This document shows, one piece after another, positions 54,206 to 64,000 of a stretch of DNA of 64,000 nucleotides. Origin of the DNA: Octopus vulgaris (lineage: Eukaryota); NCBI GenBank assembly GCA_951406725.2, contig OX597817.1, positions 113,150,001-113,214,000 on the forward strand. The letters run 5' to 3'. Positions within the stretch are counted from its first letter, which is position 1; each line of letters begins with the position of its first letter. The notes beneath the pieces were generated by a model, which saw only the letters and a list, made by a program, of their open reading frames with translations, was not told the DNA's origin and did not search any database. Position numbers and translations under genes: made by a program.

Positions 54206-56733
54206 GCAAAAATGTTTGTTTTGCTGGAATTTGAAGAAGTTGACAAATTCTTTCTTTGACACTTTTGATGCAGATGATGATCACAGTGGTCAAGAACTTC
54301 TAGGAAAGAGAGAGCAGAAAAAGGAAACAGGAAGCAAATTTAGTGATTTCAAAGAATACAGTGACCTAATAAACTGGCCCATAACAATTGATAATGAGAT
54401 CATACAAAACTGTTTAATGCAAGACATCATTTTTTTTTTTTTTTGCAAAATAAAAAACCAACAAGATTTACAAACAGCAAAATTGAAGTGTCTCAAACAA
54501 GTATTTGAAAAAAAGATTGAAAAATGGTCAGACTATGATGAGATCCTGGTTAATTTACTCAGAGAGCAAACTCTTTTCTAAATGCCAAATATCACTTACA
54601 ACAGGTGGGTTTTCTGATTGGATGAATATACTCAGAACTCTAGAAAATCATGAAGACAGCATGAAAAATAACAGGGTGATGCTGAGCTGGCTAACACAAA
54701 AGTCAAATAAAACTACTGTGGATCAGCAATTTGAAGAACAGTTGAGAAAAAACATGCAGTACTATTTTGAAGTACTAAAAAGAGTTGTAGCAGTTTAAAG
54801 TTTTTAAATCAAAGAGGTTTAGCACTTTGAGGTCATGAGAAAAAGTGGGGCTCCCCAAGCAATGGAAATTTCATGAGGGCCATTGAGCCTATTGCGAAGT
54901 TTGACCCATTTTTACATGAACATTTAGAGAAATGGAAAAGTAAATATTACTTACCTATCCAAATCTGTGCATGAAGAATTGATAGAAATCATGGGAAAAC
55001 ATGTGAAAGATGAAGTGGTGAGTCAGATCAACAATCTAGACACCAAATACTACTCAATTATTGTTGACTCTACTCCTGCCATAACACGTGTTGACCAGCT
55101 GGTAATTGTGGTTTGATACTGTTATAACGGAAAACCCTGTGAAAGATTTTTAGCATTTTTGCCAAAAGAAAAACATTCATCTATGACCTTGCTCAACAAA
55201 ATAACAATCTCTGGGGGAGCATAAGCTTTCACTCGAAAATATCCATGGTCAGTTATATGATAATGCTTCCAACATGAAGGATTTGGAGAAAGAGCTGCAA
55301 GCACTTCTTAAAACCATTAACAGGTATGAAGACTATGTACCATGTGCAAGCCATTCGCTCAACCTTGCTTGGTAAAAGGCAGCATCTTCTGTACCTGAAG
55401 TTGTTGACTATTTTGGCATCTAGCAGCAGCTGTATGTTTTCTTGAATCTCCTCAAAGATGGGGGATTGTGAACACACAGGGCATACTAGCCTTTTCACTA
55501 AAGAGCTTAAGTGTAACTAGATGATCTGTACACTGTGAAGCAGTCCAAGCAATTAAAACTGGATATAGGGATATTTTACAAACTATCAAATGTATGTCTG
55601 AAGACTCAGAAGAGAAGCCTGAATGTAACAGAGATGCAAAGAATTTATACTACAAGTTGGTAAAATTGGAATATGCTGTTTTAGCAGTTGTTTGGGAAGA
55701 AGTTTTGGAGTAAGAAACTCCAAACCCCTGGTTCTGATATATTTGAAGGTTACCTTCTGCTAGCATCTTTGCTTTTGTTTGTTAAAGAGCTGCAAGAAAA
55801 TTCAGCCGACAGGATTGCACACTATGAATCAGTAGCAAAATGTTTAAGTGAATATATCACCTCAAATAATTTTTATGTTTCCAAACGCATTGTTACAAAG
55901 AAATATTCAGATGGATCAAGTGATACAGCTTCTTTGAAAGGGGCTGAACAATTTAGGATAGAAGTTGTAAGCAAGAGGATAGACCCATATGAGCAGATTG
56001 CGAAATGGTTCAAGTTTCTCTCAGAATTGATGAACAATTCAGAATTTGATGAGAACAGTATCAAGCTTACAATATCGCATTACAAAGACGATATTGACCA
56101 CAAATTAATAAATGAGTGTTATCAGTTCAAAGCTTATTTACACCTTAGGAAATCCTAAAACACAGAAGAAAACACACCATCTAAAATGCAATGCACAGAA
56201 GTTCTTCAGCTTATTTATGAGCAACAATTAATTGAAGTGTCCCCGAATATTACCACTGCACATAAGCTGTACTTGACAATACCTATCATGAGCTATCAAG
56301 CAGAAAGGAGTTCCTCAAAGCTTTCCTTTGTAAAGAATGAATTCCATGACTGAAGAGCGCTGAAATTCCTTATGCATATTGTCTCTAGAAAATGACATTG
56401 CAAGGAAGCTGTCATATAATTGTTGCTACAAAGAAAACAGAAAAAAGAGTATTTTGTAATTTTCATATGTATCTTAATGATGCATCATGCATGTATATAA
56501 CACTTCCCTAATTTTCAACTCCCATAACTCTAAAATTCACTTTCAGACTCATTTTTAAGGACTCCAAATCACAACTCCACCATTTGAGCTATCAGGGCCT
56601 CAAGCTGAAGTACCTTGCAAAGGCACGAAAACTTTTTGACTCTTGTTGGATGTTACCCTACTGTTGCTGGTTGTAAAGGGGGCCCCCATAACATTTTAAG
56701 TTTCAGGGCCTCAATATTGTAGATCTGTCACTG
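54206..56733 (+). mobile_element. hAT transposon remnant (DUF4371/ZMYM1-like transposase), 5'-truncated
   Basis: Broken peptides GFSDW, L*GHE..SNGNF, YLSKSVHEELI, YYSIIVDST, YVPCASHSLNL, SLSVTR* and PNI...YLTIP..AERSSSKL (dimerization domain). 3' end GGGCCCCC...GATCTGTCACTG. Confidence 0.9.
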
Positions 56734-57990
56734 GGTCAAGAACTGATCAAAAGTTAAACAACATACACATACTACACTTAGTGACTGTAGTGATTGCAGA
56801 AATTAATACCTTTTTTTTCTTTGTTTTTCTCTATGGTTTAATCAGAGAAGGGCTGCACCCATGACCCTATTACATGAATTCTGAGACTAGTGGGAGGAAA
56901 ATGTATGGCTTATGTAGTGAGCAACACAACCATCCTCAGCTTGGTAACATGGCTCAAATGTTTACAACAGGGTGGTCTCTGCTGAAGGCCCCCAAGGATC
57001 AGTGACAGTATTGAATTAGATGATGGCTGATATCTACCACCCACGTGTGTGTAACCATATCTTTTTCTCTCTATAAAGATCCATATTCTTACAGCTGTGA
57101 TTGTTGTTTTTCATTCTTTGAAACTCTGTAAAGGAATATGAAACTGAAGAAAAGTAACCATTGCCATTCATTGAGATTTAGACAGACAATTTGTGAGAGT
57201 CACTTACAGGAGTTTTGAAAAGTCTTACATATTTTAGTAACTGTTTTACTTGCAGACTGAACTTACAGAATTCATGTGAAGAATTATTTTTTATCTTTGT
57301 AAAAAATCTCAGCTTTTAAAGATTTTATATCAGCCAAACAAATTGGAGTTTGTGCACTTACTTAGTGACAAATCTCATAATTACAAATGTTGTAGTCATA
57401 AGGTTTGAACTCATGATCTTAAAGTCAAAAGTACAGCAGCTTCACCTTACAGCAACTGAATTATCACTATAAATGTATTAACATTAATACATAAGGAAAA
57501 TTCTATAAATGTTTGCAGAAGACAATGTAATTGTACAACTGGTTTGAAATCATGGAGAAATAGTTCAACTCAGTTACATTTATTAATTATTTTTATCTTT
57601 TCATTGATATAACTCTGTTATATTGAAATATAATCTAGAATGAAGAAACAAGATACATATTTTCTATCACTGTATCTACCTTAGTTTAGTGATAATACCC
57701 TCTTAATCTTTGGAGAATAGTTTCTCTGTCTGGATTATAATCAATATCATTTGATGTTGGGTGTTAGGTAATTGTACAATCAAAAGAATTTTTATGTCTG
57801 ACAACAGATCTCTAAATGAGGCCTTATCAAAACATCACTTAGCTCTTCTGAAGAGTGGCTGTACTGTGTGGAGAGAGATCTCTTCATTTTAAACATCAGT
57901 GAATCATGAAGGATGCTTCTAGCTTATTTCATTGCATGTTATCTGGAAATTGTTGACTCTGTTTATCAACAACCTAGTTTCATTCACCAT

Positions 57991-58372
57991 AGGTGCAGGC
58001 ATGGCTTATGGTGGTTGAGAAGCTTGTTTCTAACCACACAGCCATGGTGTTGGTCTTGGGTTCAGTCCCACTGAGTGGAACCTTGGGAAAGTGTCTTCTA
58101 CTATAGACCCAGGCTAACCAAAACCTTGTGAGTGGATTTAGTACATGGAAACTGAAAGAAGCCCTTTATGTGTGTGTGTCTGTATTTATGTTATGTTTGT
58201 CACCCACTACCATCACTTGACAACTGCTGTTTGTTTGTTTACATCCCTATAACTTAGCAGTTCAGCAGAAGAGACCAATAGAATAAGTGCCAGGCTTAAA
58301 AATAAGTACTTGGGTCAATTTATTCAACTAAACCCCAGCATGCCCTCAGTCCAATAACTAAAGTAAAAAAAA
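57991..58372 (+). mobile_element. SINE family A, diverged full length
   Basis: AGGTGCAGGCATGGC head through CCCAGCATG..CAGTCCAATAACT tail. Confidence 0.8.
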
Positions 58373-58589
58373 TATAGGTAAGTGCAAGGCATCAGAACTC
58401 TACAGATTATGGCTCACATTGACTACAAAGCAGTTTTCTAAATAATAAATTATCTATAAGCTGTTTATTTAATTCCTACCATGAAGATGATGATAATCTC
58501 CTTGCAATCTGAGACATGGATTATATTCTTCAGACATGGATTATATTCCTGACAGAGTCATTTCACTTCATTTATGTGTTTGGTGTTTG

Positions 58590-58795
58590 GTGTTACTGGT
58601 TTAGTCCTGGATCAATTTTGATTGAACAGACCTCTGATCAGTGACATTCCTGCATAACCATTCCATCTTATTTAAACAGTATGTGCAGATTATCCAATGA
58701 GCCCTCTTTTTTTTCTTTCTTTTAGATGATATGCTGAGATTTGAGAAAATTTTCAGCTACTATTTCTAACAAATCAAGCACCTATGTTGAGGCCT
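58590..58795 (-). mobile_element. Family D repeat
   Basis: GAACAGACCTCTGATCAGTGACATTCC...ATTATCCAATG...CTATTTCTAAC. Confidence 0.55.
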
Positions 58796-59559
58796 GTGGT
58801 TTATAATAATAATCACTATATGATAATCAATAACCAATAACTTGGAGAGTAGAGATTGGCTCTTCCAGATTGACTTTGTTCTTAACGCATTACTTTTGGA
58901 TAAAGAGGTTCTTAAGTGATGGCTCACAATGAGTTATAGAACTTTTTCATTTCAGTCCTATCTCAAGATTACACATACTTTTAACCAAAATTCTACATGC
59001 ATACACATACACCCACCCACACATAAACACCTACCTGCCATTGCTAACCACACACTCTCTCTCTCTCTCTCATAGACACATGCACATACACACAGCCACA
59101 CATCACTGACTTTATTGTACTGTATAACATTCCCACTTAGTTGTTTATTGGGAAGTTAAGAGTAAGTTGTAATATAAAAATAAGTTGTTATATTTGCATT
59201 AAAAGTGAAATCAAATAGTTTATTACATAAATTGGAAAATACAACTCAATAGTTTTATATATCTATGAGCTTAGGAGGCTCACCACCCTCAAGAAACTTG
59301 TATTGAATTTTTGATTTCTTGTTATTTAACCTACTAATCTGCTCTCTCTCTTCTCTTCTCTCTTCTTCTCTCTCCTTGCTATCCTCTTTCTTTCCCTCTC
59401 TCCCTCCCCCCTCTCTCTCTCAAATTTGGAACTATTATTTCACATCATTACAAGCATCCAGAATCTTCCTTTAAGCCCACTAGCTTGACAGACAGAACTC
59501 TTTTATATCATTCATAAATAACCCCATGACTGTGATGAGTCTGGGAGGAAAGCATGTTT

Positions 59560-59960
59560 GTTGCCTTAGATTTAACTTCATATCATGAAGATAAGACAAA
59601 CAGTGAAATGCAGAGGATAATGAAAATAGCAGGAGAGAATGGAATGAACAGCTATGAAGAGAAATGGAATGAATTGTGTGGGTCATGTGGTGAGGAAGGA
59701 TCAATGCAATTGGGTGAGATGAGCAATGGAAATGGGTGTGGATGGAAGGAGAGGAGTGGAACAAGAAGACTTAGAAATACATGGATAAAATGGACAGAGA
59801 AGATTGTGAGGGTGAAGGGGTTGGCAAGGTGGGTTGTAGAGGATAAGGCAAAATGGAGACCCTGTCATGGATACCACAAAGCTAACCACTACTTTGGCAG
59901 GGAAAATGGCCCTAAAATTTTTGTTGCTACTTCTGCTGCTGCAGTTGTTGTTGTTGTTGA
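59560..59960 (+). pseudogene. RTE-clade LINE extreme 3' fragment
   Basis: Frame-broken VGHVVRKD...MEMGVDGRRG and RLRNTW...EDKAKWR, resembling RTE GHVxR..G.R.RG.P..TW..DR..WR. Followed by a (GTT)n tail. Confidence 0.6.
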
Positions 59961-60064
59961 GGTGTTTGTAGAATATTGGTAAATTCAGTTGCTATTATAT
60001 AAAAAAAATGTGACAGTGTTGTTAGTTTGACTGTAGCTATTGAACTTAGTGATATTCTATAAAC

Positions 60065-60265
60065 CAGTGCTTTTCAAACTTTTTGCTGGAGCAGAACCCC
60101 AAGGAAACATTCCACTGGCTCGGGGAACCCCTGTGCAATAATTTAATAGTCTTATGCACACATATCTGCACAGGAAAATTAAAAATTACTGACAATTTTA
60201 GCAGTTTTGTAACTTCTTGCGGAACCCCTGGACTGTACTGGTGGAACCCTGGTTGAAAACCACTG
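60065..60265. mobile_element. hAT/Charlie-like MITE
   Basis: TIRs CAGTGCTTTTCAA / TTGAAAACCACTG, perfect 8-bp TSD CTATAAAC, internal GGAACCC repeats. Confidence 0.92.
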
Positions 60266-60527
60266 CTATAAACCCTCATTTGGATTAATTACTGTCAATG
60301 CAGATCCTCCCTAGTATCCTTATATTCCGGACTTTTCCCTGTTGTTTTGCTAACTCAACTGTCTACTTTTAATAAACAATTTTCATTCTGCTACATTCCG
60401 TTTCTATATAAACAGTTACTATTCTCTGTTATTTTTTATTTGTCCCATCTTACCTCTAAAAAGCTTGAAATGTTCACATCTATAGTGTTATCTATTAACT
60501 GAGACCTCGTTTTACATTCTTCTAAAG

Positions 60528-60805
60528 CAGAGATCAGGGAAATCACCCCAAAATATATTTATTTACACCAACGTTACCCCTTTGATTTGAAAGGAAGAAA
60601 ATCATAGATTCTTTGAATTCAAAAGGTTTATTGAATCTATTTAAATGAATCTATTTACACATCCATTACATTGGACAGATGCAATATTACCAGAAGGAAA
60701 ATTCCTGTTACAACAAGGAACACATTTTTTATGTAATTTTATTTATGTCTAATGAGTCCTCATTGCTCCCAACAATTTAATTTTACCCTAGTTCACCAAC
60801 CCCTG
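60528..60805. mobile_element. Old hAT/Charlie-like MITE
   Basis: Perfect 8-bp flanking repeat TTCTAAAG (60520-60527, 60806-60813). CAG...CTG ends with degenerate TIR (9/14 match). Confidence 0.55.
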
Positions 60806-60878
60806 TTCTAAAGAGATTGAGAACCAAATGCTATATTATAGTACTGAATTGAAAATCTTGCTTTACTTCAACCCTCTT

Positions 60879-61093
60879 TTGTTCAACCCTCTTCTAATTC
60901 ACTATTTTCAGAAAGCTAACTTATCCATAGATTTCTATGACTGTCATCAAAAATAGGCATGAAATTGGCAGAATTGTTAAAGTATAGAACAAAGTGCTTT
61001 CTGTGTTCTGAGTTCAAATCCTGCTGAGATCAGTTCTGCTTTTCATCATTTTAGGATTGATATTACCAGTCCAAGGTGGTGTATTGCTGGTAT
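60879..61093 (+). repeat. About 215-bp dispersed duplication, partner at 63282-63494
   Basis: Near-identical sequence comprising unique flank plus a decayed family B SINE. Confidence 0.9.
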
Positions 61094-61189
61094 GCATTCT
61101 AGCTGTGACCATCCCATTTTAATTTTGAGTAGTGAACAACTTTATCAAAATGTTTCCCATTTTTTTAAGCCAATAAAAGATAAAGATCC

Positions 61190-61428
61190 TTCATGAGTCA
61201 TATAGACTCATAGGGCCACTTTCCTGGTTCCCACAGTCCATATATACCTTCCTGGATGGGATGCCAGTCTGTCATAGGATTATTCATTTTTGCCAGCTGA
61301 GTAGGGTAGAGCAACATGAAACAAAATGTTTTTCTCAACGACATAATTCATCACCCAGTCTAAAAATCAAAATCACAATCTTACAATCATAAGTTCAAAA
61401 CACTAACCATCAAGCCAGGCACCTCCAC
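61190..61428 (-). mobile_element. SINE family C nested in a family D repeat (61095-61520)
   Basis: Family D motifs (GCATTCTAGCTGTGACC; GCTATTTCCAGCAG) lie on either side of the family C copy. Confidence 0.65.
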
Positions 61429-62069
61429 TGTCAAACCAATATGGTAGTGTAAATTTGATATTTGGTTGCTATTTCCAGCAGTATCAGTAACTGAGTAAAG
61501 GTTCCCTTGTTGACTGTTGGTAGTCTGTTGGTAACCATAACCATCTTCTAACAGCTTTATTTACTTAAGATAGCTGAAGGTAGTTTCCAGAAGATTTAGT
61601 AACTTTCTGAATAAGATCATGCACATTAAATGTAAAATGCAAAACTTTAAACAACTGCTAAATTCATGCAAGATCTAATTTCTACTATTTAACAAAACAC
61701 TTCTCGTAACAAGTAGAACTAGTGAACTTCCTGACAACTATCAGTCAGCAATACTAAATCCAAATATAAATTATATAAATAATAACGTTTATGTTGAAAT
61801 TTACAATTTCCTTTAACCTGGTGTATACTTATTTTGCCTCTTCTTTAGTTGGTATAATGATTTATATATCACCCGACAAAAATATTTCCGCTAAGCCAGT
61901 GTAAGTTACTTAGAGATGGTCATTACTGGAATGGCTTTGATCTTAGATGTCTGCTTACTTACTGATGACTGGGAGCTAAACAACCTACTTCAGCACCTTT
62001 ACCTTAGCCAGAATATTTTAACTCATGCATGTCTCCGTATCTTCATAATCTTTACACCATCAATCCTTC

Positions 62070-62340
62070 CAAAGATTGCTACCAAACTACACTGTATTTA
62101 CATTTATTTGTTTTGCAAGATTCTTGATGTGGAATCATATGTTGAAACAGATTTTGTTATACTTGGAGATGATCATATTTTACCAATTAAACACACACAT
62201 ATGTTTCATCTTTATTTCAGCTTTATTATTTTTTTTTTTGTTTCTTAATCAAAGCTCTTTTGTCAAATCTTGTGACCTCTTTAACAACTCTTTACCCCAC
62301 GTGTCTTCTCTTGTTCTGCTTTATCCATTTTGTCTTTCTG
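62070..62340 (+). repeat. Third copy of the 18.3-kb repeat family
   Basis: TTGTTTTGCAAG..TGATGTGGAATCATATGTTGAAACAGATTTTGTTATA...TGTGACCTCTTTAAC..CCCCACGTGTCTTC. Confidence 0.7.
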
Positions 62341-63281
62341 TGATATGTCTTTTTATCTGCATCATTATCTGTGTGTATATGTATGTGTGTACACGTACGC
62401 GCACATGTCTATATGTTTAGTATGTGTGTTTTGTGTGCATGTATATGGGTTTGCTTACTACAGTTTGTGCCCATATCTTTTATTTGGTTCTCTTATTTAT
62501 TCCTTTATTTACTTTTCTTGTTTTTTGTTTCTCATTCCATCTTTAGTATATGTATTCGTGTCTTGTGTCTGTGTATATGGGTTTATGTGTTATACTGCTT
62601 ATATCTGTGTCTTTGTTTTCCTTTATTTCCATAAAACAACCCCTCTAATCTCACTTGAATCTAGAAGAATATCATTGGGTTATGTGGTTATCAGTACAAA
62701 CTTATTGTGAATCTGAGTTGAGAAATTTAATATAAATAAGAATACAAAAATAGGTATAACTTTTGAAATAAGTAAATAAAAACTAAACAAGAAAAAACTA
62801 GAGGTTTCATGCATTCTCTTTCAAGTGTCCATGACTGGAATTTGTTACTGTTTCTGTTGGGTGATCATTGTAATTTTTAGGATGAAACATTTTTTCTTTT
62901 CTGAAGTAATGTTCATCTTGTTGAAGTAATTTCCTGTCTGAAGGAAGAAAAAGATGTCATTCCATATCAAGTGGACTGTGCTATAAACTTGCTTTGACAT
63001 TTGGTTTGAAAATATTGCATCTGAGATTATTTTATCTTCTTCTCTTACTAATAATCACTGATATTTTCTCTTGAATTAACCTGTTCTCTGTTGTTATTCT
63101 TCCCCTCCCCCACTTTCATTTTCTAAAACAGTTTTACTTGCTTTCTTTTACAAAATCACAAGGTTTTTACTTTGTAAACTTTGTCTACAACTTAACCTAT
63201 TTCAGCTGACAGAATAGTTGAAAATAAACAGAAAAATCAATAATGATCACTAAAGTTACTACATTCTTTGTAATTTAGAGG

Positions 63282-63494
63282 TTGTTCAACCCTCTTCTAA
63301 TTCACTATTTTCAGAAAGCTAACTTATCCATAGATTTCTGACTGTCATCAAAATTAGGCATGAAATTGGCAGAATTGTTGAAGTATAGAACAAAGTGCTT
63401 TCTGTGTTCTGAGTTCAAATCCTGCTGAGATCAGTTCTACTTTTCATCATTTTAGGATTGATATTACCAGTCCAAGGTGGTGCATTGCTGGTAT
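63282..63494 (+). repeat. Duplicate of 60879-61093
   Basis: Direct comparison shows one 2-bp indel and a few substitutions. Confidence 0.9.
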
Positions 63495-64000
63495 TGTCAG
63501 ATGAGATGCCTTACAGTATTTGTTCCAGCTCCTCATTTTCTGGGTTCTTGAATGACTTAATCTCTTACTTAGTAGATGTAATGGAAATTGCTTCTGGAAT
63601 AAAGTAACGTAATACAAAAATTAACACAAGAAAATATATCTCTCTCACATTGAGAAGATAATTGGTTTATAAATTATTTGACGAAATGGTAAATGAAGAG
63701 ATGAGGGACATATTTAATATAAATTGAAAGTTTTCATGTTAAAGTAAAAGGTTAAGAAATAGTTTTTGTTTTTTTTTAAGTTAGCACTGATAATCTTAAA
63801 CTGTTACTTAGTATAACACCACTACCTTGAATGTCTAGCAGAGTTCACTTTGTTGCTAGAATTCAGACCATGTCACTGTTAGAAAATAACTTCCTCTCAC
63901 TAGCATCAGAGCACCTGAAAAATAACAGGTCTTGAATGAATGCTGCCTTTCCTTTCCTAACTAAATGGTTAAACAAAAAAAAAAAATAAAATTAAAGAGA

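Noticed and set aside
58512-58548. Short tandem duplication AGACATGGATTATATTC x2
   Set aside because: Ordinary slippage duplication with no further structure.

Overview
AT-rich eukaryotic non-coding (intronic or intergenic) DNA, most likely from an octopus/coleoid cephalopod, judged from the tRNA-derived SINE families and the dense (TA)n/(CA)n microsatellites. I can support no intact cellular protein-coding gene; most listed ORFs are microsatellite or SINE read-throughs. The window is a mosaic of decayed mobile elements: five SINE or SINE-like families, a Penelope-like element (RT plus GIY-YIG), RTE and CR1/L2-group LINE fragments, two maT/mariner-like elements, a pogo-like element, a large hAT remnant and several hAT MITEs with 8-bp TSDs. 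The most striking signal is a set of hammerhead ribozyme motifs from several different Penelope-type terminal repeats, mostly embedded in (TA)n tracts. They include an inverted plus tandem triple motif (4830-5080), two hammerheads whose helix II encloses a large insert (12206-12350, 12910-13003) and a variant-core motif linked to the Penelope ORF. Also notable are a SINE/LINE pair sharing a 3' tail stem-loop and two local templated duplications. All alignments and folds were done by eye.
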